Source: Clostridia bacterium (GTDB lineage Bacteria > Bacillota > Clostridia > Monoglobales > Monoglobaceae). From it: a stretch of 64,000 nt of DNA. How positions within the stretch are numbered: position 1 is the stretch's first letter; each line of letters starts with the position of its first letter. This document shows, in pieces, positions 11,757 to 22,553 of this stretch. The stretch is taken from contig JAFTJA010000012.1 of NCBI GenBank assembly GCA_017456605.1, forward strand, positions 29,833 through 93,832, written 5' to 3'. The notes below the pieces were generated by a model. The model was not told where the DNA came from, made no database searches, and saw nothing but the letters and a program-made list of their open reading frames with translations. The position numbers and the translations under genes are program-made.

Positions 11757-12968
11757 ATGAGGTATAAAGGTTATGTCGCGACCTATGCGGGTGAATCGCA
11801 GGAAGTGAACAAAGACAATTATTTTCTGAACGGCATTTGCAGAGAAGGGGTACAGGAACTCAGCTGTTTTGCGGAAAATAAAAATTTCAGAAGCCGAAAC
11901 CTTTATGCACTTTCCAGCGGAATAAAAAGTGCTGTGAAGGGCGAAGATGCAGCATATCATTCGATTGATGTGTTGAGAGGGTTTTATGGTGCGGATTTCA
12001 CAAAAGAAAACCGCGCTTATTTCGGGTTTGCCAATTCTGCGGTTAAAAGCCTTATATTTGAAACAAAGCAGGAAGAATTTGAAGTTGACATTTCGGTTGT
12101 TTATATTGGAAATGACGTAGCAACGGTTTACAATATAGGTGAGGCCCCGGTTTTTTATTTTAAAGACGGTGTGCTCAAAAAACTTACGGGGGACGTTCCC
12201 AAGACCGTTGAAGAGGAGAAAATGGTTCTTGACGATGAAGGTGAATGGCAGTCTGTTATTGAAAAAAAGGACGTTATTCCGTATGTAGGCTTTGCTGGTG
12301 AGGGTGAGGCTGTTCCCCATGCTTCTGACCCGATAAAAATAAAGGGTGACGGAATTTTTCTGATGTGCAGCAAGCCGGTTGAAGATATCCTTGATGAAAA
12401 TACTCTTGCTGACGTGCTGAAAGACAAGAAAATTAAGATGGATGCTAAAGCAGAAAAAATAATAGAATTGGCATCAGCAAAACAGCCTGATGGAAATTAT
12501 ACAGTGGAGCTTATTGAAACGAAAAAGGGTATTTCAGTGGGAACAGATGATATGCGCTCCCTTGTGAAGTGGCTGGCGGTTGCTTTAGCTTGTATTATTT
12601 TTTCTTTTTCATTCTCGTTTATTGCTGATGGTGCGACCGCGCTGATAAACAACATAAAAACCTTTGTGAGTGAATATATGCCAAGCCGGGAGGAAAACAT
12701 TGATTCCCCGGTATGGATTCCAAAAGTCCCAGAGAAAACACCGGAGGAAGATGAAAAGACAGAGGAAAAAGACATTGGAGAAAACGTCGAGGCACCAAAC
12801 AATCAGAATCTGGAAGCAGCTGCGCCAAAGCCTGCGGTGAAACCATCAAACAAAGTGTCACCAGTACAGACTGTGCCTGAAAAGACCCCGGCTGAAACAA
12901 CAAATAATGATGTGCCGGTTCAAAAAGAAATAAATTCTGATGTTGAGCTTCCGATAGATTTCAATTAA
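11757..12968 (+). CDS. Membrane-anchored protein with a degenerate PP2C-like N-terminal domain and a Pro/Glu-rich tail
   Basis: ATG 11757 follows GAGGTG. The fold resembles PP2C (ESQEVNKDNYFL, ISVVYIGNDVATVYNIGEAPVFY, GDGIFLMCSKPV), but the DGxGG and GDSR metal-binding motifs are replaced. One TM helix (WLAVALACIIFSFSFSFI), then a low-complexity P/E/K tail. Confidence 0.5.
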   Translation: MRYKGYVATYAGESQEVNKDNYFLNGICREGVQELSCFAENKNFRSRNLYALSSGIKSAVKGEDAAYHSIDVLRGFYGADFTKENRAYFGFANSAVKSLIFETKQEEFEVDISVVYIGNDVATVYNIGEAPVFYFKDGVLKKLTGDVPKTVEEEKMVLDDEGEWQSVIEKKDVIPYVGFAGEGEAVPHASDPIKIKGDGIFLMCSKPVEDILDENTLADVLKDKKIKMDAKAEKIIELASAKQPDGNYTVELIETKKGISVGTDDMRSLVKWLAVALACIIFSFSFSFIADGATALINNIKTFVSEYMPSREENIDSPVWIPKVPEKTPEEDEKTEEKDIGENVEAPNNQNLEAAAPKPAVKPSNKVSPVQTVPEKTPAETTNNDVPVQKEINSDVELPIDFN

Positions 12969-13036
12969 ATAAGAAACACATCATTTTGGTAATTTTAAAG
13001 ATGGTGTGTTTTTGTTTTGTCTTTAGCGGGCATTTG

Positions 13037-13065
13037 TTGACACTAAATTTTAAATGTGTTAAAAT
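13037..13065 (+). promoter_or_regulatory. Sigma-A-type promoter with extended -10
   Basis: TTGACA - 17 nt - TAAAAT, preceded by TGt. Confidence 0.55.
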
Positions 13066-13092
13066 GTATTGGAAATTAAAGGTTGGTGTGAT

Positions 13093-15326
<2,234 letters not shown>

Positions 15327-15329
15327 AAA

Positions 15330-15359
15330 AAGACCACCCTTTTTTCAAAGGGTGGTCTT
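15330..15359. terminator. Bidirectional intrinsic terminator (ligA / XRE gene)
   Basis: Perfect 12-bp stem (aagaccaccctt/aagggtggtctt) with an A7 run on the left and TTT on the right. Confidence 0.75.
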
Positions 15360-15367
15360 TCGTATAA

Positions 15368-15592
15368 TCACTTTTGCGGGAATGGAAGCTTTATATCGCT
15401 TATACCGCAGATATAGTTCATATCAACATTATAATACTTTGCTAAGATTATGACGCTTTCAAGGGGTATCCGGATTTTTCGGGTTTCATAGTCAGAATAT
15501 GTTTTTTGTCCTACGTTTAGCAGCAAGGCTATTTCTGATTGAGTTTTGTCATTGTCTTCTCTTAACTCACGTATTCTTTCGGCTATGTCCAT
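15368..15592 (-). CDS. XRE-family helix-turn-helix transcriptional regulator (74 aa)
   Basis: GGAGG RBS and a Cro/CI-type HTH (DKTQSEIALLLNVGQKTYSDYETRK). Confidence 0.85.
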   Translation of the reverse strand: MDIAERIRELREDNDKTQSEIALLLNVGQKTYSDYETRKIRIPLESVIILAKYYNVDMNYICGISDIKLPFPQK

Positions 15593-15641
15593 AAAATCGC
15601 CTCCTCTTTTGGAAAAATTATACTAAGAGTTTATTCCACTA

Positions 15642-15670
15642 TTGACTTTTAGAGTTATATACTCTATATT
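15642..15670 (+). promoter_or_regulatory. Sigma-A-type promoter of the Cys-rich small gene, with an embedded palindrome
   Basis: TTGACT - 17 nt - TATATT. The palindrome AGAGT-tatat-ACTCT (15651-15665) fills the spacer, and a further AGAGTT copy sits at 15626. Confidence 0.5.
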
Positions 15671-15711
15671 TTTTTTTGAAAGAAAAAATATATGATGAGG
15701 TTGATGCTAAT

Positions 15712-15930
15712 ATGGGTATAGATATAACGGGAATTGAACTGACACCGGGAAACTGTGGAATTGATTGCCTGGGAAATGGTGAGCATAAAGATGAATATGA
15801 AAATATCATAGAACATTGTTGTGACGAATGTGATTATTTGATGTGTTGTTTGCCAGAACATTGTGAGAGTGAATGTGCAAAATGTAGTACTTATGATTGT
15901 TCACGTTCCATAATCCAAAAAAAACATTAA
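15712..15930 (+). CDS. Small acidic cysteine-rich protein (72 aa, 11 Cys), unknown function
   Basis: The ORF is open from TTG 15676, with the first ATG at 15712 after GAGG. Sequence ...GNCGIDCLGNGEH...HCCDECDYLMCCLPEHCESECAKCSTYDC.... It has its own promoter. No family was recognised. Confidence 0.5.
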   Translation: MGIDITGIELTPGNCGIDCLGNGEHKDEYENIIEHCCDECDYLMCCLPEHCESECAKCSTYDCSRSIIQKKH

Positions 15931-15947
15931 AAATTCGCTCTCTTTTA

Positions 15948-15977
15948 TTGACAACAAAGCGGAGTTGGGTATATAAT
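15948..15977 (+). promoter_or_regulatory. Sigma-A-type promoter of cysK
   Basis: TTGACA - 18 nt - TATAAT. Confidence 0.55.
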
Positions 15978-16020
15978 ATTTTATTATATTTATTTTTGTT
16001 CAAATTAGAGGAAGATCATA

Positions 16021-16950
16021 ATGATTTTTAATAATATTTTGGAGGCGATGGGGGATACTCCCATTATAAGGCTTTCACATATTGCTCCACCTGACGGAGC
16101 TGAAATTCTTGTAAAGTTTGAAGGACTCAATGTGGGTGGCTCAATCAAGACAAGAACGGCATACAATATGATTTGCGATGCTGAACGCCGGGGGCTTCTC
16201 ACAAAGGATACCGTTATAGTTGAACCCACCAGCGGAAACCAGGGAATCGGGCTTGCGCTGGTGGGCGCGGTCAAGGGCTATAAGGTGAAAATTATAATGC
16301 CTGACTCGGTGAGTGAGGAACGCCGTAAGCTTGTGGAGCATTACGGAGCAGAGGTTATACTTGTTCACGATGCGGGAAATATCGGTGAATGTATTCACGA
16401 GTGCCTCAATACAGCACTCCGGATGCAGGAAGAATGTGACAACGTGTTTGTCCCTCAGCAGTTTGAAAATCCTGCAAATGTGGAAGTTCAGCGAAAAGTT
16501 ACCGGTGAAGAAATTCTAAGACAGGTGGCGGGCCCGATACACGGATTTTGTTCGGGAATTGGCACGGGTGGTACCATTACCGGCATAGGCGAAACTTTGA
16601 AAGAAAAAAATCCTGATATTGAAATTTGGGCGGTTGAGCCTGAACATGCGGCTATTCTTTCGGGCGGCTCCATCGGTACACATCTCCAGATGGGGATTGG
16701 CGATGGTGTTATACCAAAAATTTTGAATCAGAATATTTATACAGATATTTGTGTTATAAAGGACGAAGAAGCAATAATGACCGCAAAGGACCTTGCCTCA
16801 AAGGAAGGCATAATGTGCGGCATATCCAGCGGCACCAACGTTGCAGCAGCCATAAAGCTTGCTAAAAAGCTTGGCAAGGGAAAAACAGTAGTGACAGTAC
16901 TCCCCGATACGGCGGAAAGATATTTTTCGACACCTCTTTTTGGGGAATAA
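16021..16950 (+). CDS. cysK: Cysteine synthase (O-acetylserine sulfhydrylase), CysK/CysM family
   Basis: PLP-fold motifs GGSIKTR (Lys), TSGNQGIGLA, GIGTGGTITG and SSGTNVAAA. Confidence 0.88.
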   Translation: MIFNNILEAMGDTPIIRLSHIAPPDGAEILVKFEGLNVGGSIKTRTAYNMICDAERRGLLTKDTVIVEPTSGNQGIGLALVGAVKGYKVKIIMPDSVSEERRKLVEHYGAEVILVHDAGNIGECIHECLNTALRMQEECDNVFVPQQFENPANVEVQRKVTGEEILRQVAGPIHGFCSGIGTGGTITGIGETLKEKNPDIEIWAVEPEHAAILSGGSIGTHLQMGIGDGVIPKILNQNIYTDICVIKDEEAIMTAKDLASKEGIMCGISSGTNVAAAIKLAKKLGKGKTVVTVLPDTAERYFSTPLFGE

Positions 16951-16970
16951 TAATACAGGAGGAAAAATTT

Positions 16971-17951
16971 ATGAACAACAATGTAAGACCTGATACTATG
17001 GAACGTATCACAACAAAGGAACTGGCAGACAAATTTATCGCAGAGCAGGTAGAAAGTGTACGTGCTCAGGTAGGCGACAACAAGGTTCTTCTAGCACTTT
17101 CGGGCGGGGTTGACAGCTCGGTTGTTGCAGCACTTCTTATTAAGGCAATAGGCAAACAGCTTGTTTGCGTGCACGTTAACCATGGACTTATGAGAAAAGG
17201 CGAAAGCGAGCAGGTTATTGAGGTTTTTGGCAAGGAGCTTGATGCAAACCTTATATATATTGATGCAACAGACAGATTTTTGGATTTACTAAAAGACGTG
17301 GCTGAACCCGAGAAAAAGAGAAAGATTATCGGTGGCGAATTTATCAAGGTGTTTGATGAAGAAGCTGCAAAGCTTGAAGGAATAAAGTTCTTGGCTCAGG
17401 GTACAATCTATCCTGACATTTTGGAAAGTGACGGCGTAAAGGCTCATCACAATGTGGGAGGACTTCCTGAAGATATGGAGATGGAGCTTGTTGAGCCGGT
17501 AAAACTCCTTTATAAGGATGAGGTTCGCGTTGTGGGCAGCGCACTTGGACTTCCTGACAGTATGGTTTACCGTCAGCCGTTTCCGGGACCGGGACTTGGT
17601 GTTCGTTGCCTTGGAGCAATCACTCGTGACAGACTCGCAGCACTTCGCGAGGCTGATGCAATTCTTCGTGAAGAGTTTGACAAGTGCGGTCTTGCAGGAA
17701 AAGTATGGCAGTATTTCATTGCTGTCCCTGATTTCAAGAGCGTTGGCGTGAGAGATGATAAGCGTTATGAGGGTTGGCCCGCAATCATTCGTGCGGTGAA
17801 TACCACCGACGCTATGACTGCAACCATCGAAGAAATACCATATGATGTGCTTCACAAAATCACAGCACGTATAACTGCTGAGGTTGAAGGCATCAACCGT
17901 GTTCTCCTTGATCTTACACCAAAGCCTATTGGCACCATTGAGTGTGAATAA
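16971..17951 (+). CDS. guaA: GMP synthase ATP-pyrophosphatase plus dimerisation domains only (no glutamine amidotransferase domain)
   Basis: AGGAGG RBS, PP-loop SGGVDSSV, ...GGLPEDM..., and a C-terminal end ...DLTPKPIGTIECE typical of GuaA. At 326 aa it starts where the GATase domain would end. Confidence 0.85.
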   Translation: MNNNVRPDTMERITTKELADKFIAEQVESVRAQVGDNKVLLALSGGVDSSVVAALLIKAIGKQLVCVHVNHGLMRKGESEQVIEVFGKELDANLIYIDATDRFLDLLKDVAEPEKKRKIIGGEFIKVFDEEAAKLEGIKFLAQGTIYPDILESDGVKAHHNVGGLPEDMEMELVEPVKLLYKDEVRVVGSALGLPDSMVYRQPFPGPGLGVRCLGAITRDRLAALREADAILREEFDKCGLAGKVWQYFIAVPDFKSVGVRDDKRYEGWPAIIRAVNTTDAMTATIEEIPYDVLHKITARITAEVEGINRVLLDLTPKPIGTIECE

Positions 17952-17963
17952 TACCGCAAACAA

Positions 17964-17989
17964 AAAGCCCTTATTTTAAGGGCTTTTTT
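17964..17989 (+). terminator. Intrinsic terminator after the guaA-like gene
   Basis: 10-bp stem aaagccctta/taagggcttt followed by a T run. Confidence 0.75.
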
Positions 17990-18007
17990 GGCACTTGGAA
18001 AAGTGCT

Positions 18008-18030
18008 TTGACAACACTTTGTGTTGTCAA
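18008..18030. repeat. Perfect 10-bp inverted repeat TTGACAACAC-ttt-GTGTTGTCAA; contains copy 1 of a 12-nt direct repeat
   Basis: Read directly. TGACAACACTTT at 18009-18020 recurs at 19469-19480. Confidence 0.8.
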
Positions 18031-18064
18031 GGATTAAATATACCTTTTTAAGGGGGAATTACAA

Positions 18065-19453
18065 ATGAAAAAATACGCAAAAAAAATAGTCTCCTTTGCA
18101 TTAGTGGTTATGATGGCTATGACTATGTTCGTTCCAGTTTTTGCTAATGGTGAAATAAGCGTATATCTTGATAATGAAAAAGTTCAGTTTGATGTTGCTC
18201 CGTTATTGGTTAATGGTCGCACAATGGTTCCTATGAGAGCAATTTTTGAAAAATTGGGTGCTGTTGTATATTGGGATGATATTACAAGAACTGCGATAGC
18301 ACAAAAGGGTAATGTCAATGTGAGTATTTCTATTGATGATGCAACATTATATAAAAATGGGGAACCTATTGTGTTAGATGTACCTGCACAATTAAATGGT
18401 GGCAGAACATTAGTGCCATTAAGAGCAGTTTCAGAAGCCTTTGAATGTGATGTTCAATGGGATGGTGATACGCAAACAGTAAATATTTATAATAATAAAA
18501 ATTACAAACAAATACAAGAAGCTGTTACAAAATTAACTGATTGGATAAATATCAATTATAACAACGATACATACTACAAAGAATACACGCAAGAAATTGG
18601 AAACTACTATTTTACAGTATATGGAGATAGTTTAAGTTGTTCATATTTTTCTCTATATGATGGGAACTATAATATACATATTATGTTATCTGCTTCAAAA
18701 TATAGCGGAGTTTGTTCTATGGAGAAAGAAAAAAATTTTGCAAGTGGTAAAATTTTAAATTCTTCTGCTTCATCAAATCAATTAGAATTGACTTACGATA
18801 ATTTTGAAAGTGATTATACAGGGGATAAGGAGATAATATTAGATAAGTTTGATAAATCTGTGGAAGGCACATTAATTGTTTTTGACAACTTTTTAAAAGA
18901 AATTAATATCGGTTTGACCTTAAAAGATTTTGGGTTTGAGTGTGATTTTTCTGAAAAATCACTACAGCAAAGTATTGCATTTGAAGAATTACGAGATTTT
19001 ATTCTTTACTATCAAGAAACAAAAAACAGCGATAAGGCTGAAATGGTGAGAGTTTATGAGAATTCAAATGGTTCTACACAGTATTCTATGCTGTATGATG
19101 ATAAAAAAGATGTTATCAGATTAACAAACACAAGAATATACAGAGGTTCGTACACATACATAAGTATAGATTTAACTCCCGATAATCAGGTGTATGAATG
19201 TTCGTTCTACTTCGCAAAGAGTAAATCTAGCACTCCAGATTTTGAAGCTACATACATCATTGACGCAAAAACTTTTGGAGAGAAATCGAACATCCATTTT
19301 GAAAAGATGAAAGGCAATAAGTCAAACGCAAATTCGTATAAAGAAGTTGCTAAATTGATGAGCTTGGATATGTTAGACTATCTTGATTGGGTGTTCTCAT
19401 CAGTGGATTATGTAGAGTTTTCCACAAATGATTTTGGATTCAATTTAAAATAA
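18065..19453 (+). CDS. Secreted protein with a copper-amine-oxidase N-terminal-like (stalk) domain and an unknown Tyr/Asn-rich C-terminal region
   Basis: Signal peptide (MKKYAKKIVSFALVVMMAMTMFVPVFANG). Two repeats of the VNGRTMVPMRAIFEKLGA / NGGRTLVPLRAVSEAFEC motif. Visibly lower GC and different codon choice from the neighbouring genes. Confidence 0.7.
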   Translation: MKKYAKKIVSFALVVMMAMTMFVPVFANGEISVYLDNEKVQFDVAPLLVNGRTMVPMRAIFEKLGAVVYWDDITRTAIAQKGNVNVSISIDDATLYKNGEPIVLDVPAQLNGGRTLVPLRAVSEAFECDVQWDGDTQTVNIYNNKNYKQIQEAVTKLTDWININYNNDTYYKEYTQEIGNYYFTVYGDSLSCSYFSLYDGNYNIHIMLSASKYSGVCSMEKEKNFASGKILNSSASSNQLELTYDNFESDYTGDKEIILDKFDKSVEGTLIVFDNFLKEINIGLTLKDFGFECDFSEKSLQQSIAFEELRDFILYYQETKNSDKAEMVRVYENSNGSTQYSMLYDDKKDVIRLTNTRIYRGSYTYISIDLTPDNQVYECSFYFAKSKSSTPDFEATYIIDAKTFGEKSNIHFEKMKGNKSNANSYKEVAKLMSLDMLDYLDWVFSSVDYVEFSTNDFGFNLK

Positions 19454-19468
19454 TACTTTTTATGGAAC

Positions 19469-19480
19469 TGACAACACTTT
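19469..19480. repeat. Copy 2 of the 12-nt direct repeat TGACAACACTTT
   Basis: Exact match to 18009-18020. Lies 16 nt after the stop of the low-GC gene. Confidence 0.8.
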
Positions 19481-19606
19481 CCCTGTTGAATGGGTAGAAT
19501 GGATAGAAAATTCGTGCTGAAACAGTACAAAAACGCACCATTTAGACCTAAATTCACGCTAAAAACAAAAGTGATGTTAGAGTGGGAATAATTTTGTAAA
19601 AATAAA

Positions 19607-19642
19607 AAAGTGGCTTGAAACCCTGTGTTCAAGCCACTTTTT
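19607..19642. terminator. Intrinsic terminator (A run / 13-bp stem / T run)
   Basis: aaagtggcttgaa ... ttcaagccacttt followed by TTTTT, with an A run upstream. Confidence 0.7.
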
Positions 19643-19663
19643 CGCAGGAAATACGTTCCCTTA

Positions 19664-19692
19664 TTGACTTTAATCATTTATTTTGGTATAAT
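19664..19692 (+). promoter_or_regulatory. Sigma-A-type promoter of trkAH, extended -10
   Basis: TTGACT - 17 nt - TATAAT, preceded by TGg. Confidence 0.6.
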
Positions 19693-19738
19693 CAAGCTTA
19701 ATGATAATTTGAAAGAATTCTTTTTGGAGATGTGATAT

Positions 19739-21100
19739 ATGAATATTATTGTTGTGGGACTTGGCAAAGTCGGTGAAAAGCTGGTTGAAAGGCTCAGCCG
19801 TGAAGAAAATCACAATATTACTGCTATTGATATAAAACGCGATGTCTTGCAGGATACAGTCAATTCTTATGATGTAATGGGAGTTTTTGGCAGCGGCGCA
19901 AGTGTTGATGTTTTGAGCGAAGCGGGAATTGAAGATACCGATATTTTTATTGCGGCGACAGCTTCTGATGAGCTTAATCTTTTTGCTTGTCTCTTGGCAA
20001 GAAAGCTAAATAGTGGTTGCAGCACAATTGCCAGAGTTAGAAACCCGGAATATAGCAAAGAACTGCATTTATTCAAAGAGGATCTTGGTCTTGCGATGAT
20101 TATAAACCCGGAGCACACCGCAGCAAACGAAATAGCAAGGGCACTGAGGTTCCCGTCGGCGGTGCAGATTGATACCTTTGCCAAGGGCAGGGTTGAAATT
20201 TTGAAATTCAAAATTCAGCAAGGCTCCCCTCTTGCAAACCTAAAGGTTGCTGACATAAAGAATAGGCTCAGCAGTGATGTTCTGGTCTGCGGTGTTGAAC
20301 GCGGAGACGATGCCTTTATTCCCGGTGGTGACTTTGTTATGGAGGAAGGCGACTTCATAAGCATTGTTGCAACCATCAAAGATGCAGCGGCGTTTATCAA
20401 AAAAATCGGCATAAAAACCAACAAGGTGAAGGATACCATCATAGTTGGCGGTGGGGCAACGGCTGTTTATCTTGCGAAAAACCTCATTAAGTCGGGCATA
20501 GAGGTTAAAATAATCGAACAAAATCAAGCCAGATGCGAGCTTCTTTGCGATCTTCTCCCAAAGGCTACCATAATAAACGGAGATGGAACAGAAAACCGGC
20601 TTTTGCTTGAGGAAGGGATTGAAAACGCCGAATCGTTTGTGTCGCTTACCAATATTGATGAAGAAAACGTTATGCTTTCTCTTTATGCAAAGACCAAGAC
20701 TGACGGAAAAGTCGTTACCAAGATAAACCGCATCGCATATGATGAGGTAATCCGAAATCTTGGACTTGATACTATTATTTATCCGAAGAATACTGCGGCG
20801 GAATATATAGTCCGTTTTGTTAGGGCAAAGAACAATTCAATCGGCAGCAATATTGAAACAATGCATTATGTTCTTGACGGAAAGGCAGAGGCGCTTGAAT
20901 TCAGAATAGTTGAAAATTCACCTATTTCAAACCAGACCATTGAAAGTCTTTCACTCAAAGATGATATAATTATTGCCTGCATAAACCGTGCCGGAAAAAT
21001 AATTACTCCACGTGGTAAAGACGTTATTCTTACCGGTGACAGAGTTATTGTTGTTACTACCCACAAAGGCTTTAAGGATATAAGTGATATATTGAGATAG
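19739..21100 (+). CDS. trkA: Trk potassium uptake protein TrkA (two RCK/NAD-binding modules)
   Basis: MNIIVVGLGKVGEKL and a second IIVGGGATAVYLAKNL Rossmann motif. 453 aa, followed by trkH. Confidence 0.9.
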   Translation: MNIIVVGLGKVGEKLVERLSREENHNITAIDIKRDVLQDTVNSYDVMGVFGSGASVDVLSEAGIEDTDIFIAATASDELNLFACLLARKLNSGCSTIARVRNPEYSKELHLFKEDLGLAMIINPEHTAANEIARALRFPSAVQIDTFAKGRVEILKFKIQQGSPLANLKVADIKNRLSSDVLVCGVERGDDAFIPGGDFVMEEGDFISIVATIKDAAAFIKKIGIKTNKVKDTIIVGGGATAVYLAKNLIKSGIEVKIIEQNQARCELLCDLLPKATIINGDGTENRLLLEEGIENAESFVSLTNIDEENVMLSLYAKTKTDGKVVTKINRIAYDEVIRNLGLDTIIYPKNTAAEYIVRFVRAKNNSIGSNIETMHYVLDGKAEALEFRIVENSPISNQTIESLSLKDDIIIACINRAGKIITPRGKDVILTGDRVIVVTTHKGFKDISDILR

Positions 21101-21111
21101 AGGTATTTCTG

Positions 21112-22548
21112 ATGAACTATAAAATGATTTCTTATGTGCTTGGTTGTGTGCTGAATATAGAGGCCGCTGCCATGGTTTTGCCGTTTTTGTGTGCGGTTTT
21201 ATATGACGAATCGGCGAAATGGGTGTTTCTTCTGTGTGCGGCGTTGTGCATGGTTGTGGGTGTGCCGTTGGTTTTGGCACGGCCAAAGAACAAGACAATG
21301 TTTGCAAAAGAAGGCTTTGTTGCTGTTGCGCTCAGCTGGATAACAATGAGTATTTTTGGCGCATTGCCGTTTGTTGTTTCGGGATGCATACCAAGCTTCG
21401 TTGATGCGATTTTTGAAACGGCATCAGGTTTTACTACAACGGGTGCATCTATTCTTAATGATGTGGAGGCATTGCCCAAGTCCTTGCTTTTCTGGCGCAG
21501 CTTCACTCACTGGATAGGTGGTATGGGCGTGCTTGTATTTCTTGTGGCACTTTTGCCTCTTTCCGGTGGCGATAATTTTCACCTTATCAAGGCGGAAAGC
21601 CCGGGGTATTCTGTGGGCAAGCTCGTTCCAAGAGTCAGTTCAACAGCGAAAATTCTTTATGGAATTTATATTGTTTTTACCTGTCTGGAGGTTTTATTGC
21701 TCAAAATCGGCGGTCTAGACTGGTTTGAATCCCTTACACTTTCTTTCGGTACGGCAGGAACGGGTGGATTTGGCATTGTCAATTCGGGGATTGCGGATTA
21801 TTCGTCTTATGTCCAGGTTGTAATAACTGTGTTTATGACTATTTTTGGAATAGATTTTTCTTTTTACTATTTGATACTTATGAGAAGAATAAAGAGTGCT
21901 TTCAAGCTGGAGGAAGTGTGGGTATACTTGGGAATTGTTGTGACGTCTGTTGCAGTTATTTTCTTCAACACCCGGCATTTGTTTGAAGGTGCTTTTGAGA
22001 CACTCAAACACAGCGCATTTCAGGTTTCATCCATTATAACAACAACCGGATATTCAACCACTGATTTTGACCTGTGGCCACAGCTTTCAAAGACAATTCT
22101 TGTGGTGCTGATGTTTTGCGGCGCATGTGCGGGGAGCACCGGCGGCGGAATCAAGGTTTCAAGAATACTTATACTATTTAAAAGTATTATCAAGGAAATC
22201 AAAGTGCTTGCTCATCCAAAAAGCACCATAAAGGTGAAAATGAATGGGCGCATACTGGAACACGAAACGGTTCGTGGTGTAAATATGTTTTTTATGGCAT
22301 ATATGTTTATTTTTACTGGGGTGCTTATTGCTATCAGTATTGACAATCTGGATTTCACCACCAATTTTACGGCAGTGGTGGCAACCTTAAGCAACATAGG
22401 CCCCGGACTTTCGCAAGTGGGTCCTGTGTGCAATTTCTCGTTGTTCTCAGACTTTTCAAAGGTAATCCTGACAGTTGCAATGGTGATAGGAAGACTTGAG
22501 ATTTTCCCAATCCTCGTGCTGTTTTCAAAAAACACATGGAAAAGATAA
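21112..22548 (+). CDS. trkH: Trk-type potassium transporter membrane subunit TrkH/KtrB family
   Basis: Polytopic membrane protein with repeated selectivity-filter-like TTTG/TAGTGG/TTTGYS/STGGG segments. Confidence 0.9.
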   Translation: MNYKMISYVLGCVLNIEAAAMVLPFLCAVLYDESAKWVFLLCAALCMVVGVPLVLARPKNKTMFAKEGFVAVALSWITMSIFGALPFVVSGCIPSFVDAIFETASGFTTTGASILNDVEALPKSLLFWRSFTHWIGGMGVLVFLVALLPLSGGDNFHLIKAESPGYSVGKLVPRVSSTAKILYGIYIVFTCLEVLLLKIGGLDWFESLTLSFGTAGTGGFGIVNSGIADYSSYVQVVITVFMTIFGIDFSFYYLILMRRIKSAFKLEEVWVYLGIVVTSVAVIFFNTRHLFEGAFETLKHSAFQVSSIITTTGYSTTDFDLWPQLSKTILVVLMFCGACAGSTGGGIKVSRILILFKSIIKEIKVLAHPKSTIKVKMNGRILEHETVRGVNMFFMAYMFIFTGVLIAISIDNLDFTTNFTAVVATLSNIGPGLSQVGPVCNFSLFSDFSKVILTVAMVIGRLEIFPILVLFSKNTWKR

Positions 22549-22553
22549 TAAAA

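Noticed and set aside
11703-12320. 205-aa ORF on the minus strand, antisense to the PP2C-like gene
   Set aside because: The product is low-complexity, Phe/Asn/Ile-rich and junk-like, with no RBS. It is fully antisense to a better-supported gene. This is typical of open antisense frames in AT-rich DNA.
15676-16020. Idea that the 11-Cys ORF is a cysteine-codon leader peptide attenuating the downstream cysK
   Set aside because: cysK has its own TTGACA-18-TATAAT promoter between the two genes (15948-15977). I see no terminator/antiterminator alternative structure in the 90-nt gap, and 72 codons is long for an attenuation leader. The adjacency may be coincidental.
17289-17963. 224-aa ORF on the minus strand, antisense to the guaA-like gene
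   Set aside because: No recognisable motifs and it overlaps a confidently identified conserved gene. It also runs through that gene's terminator region.
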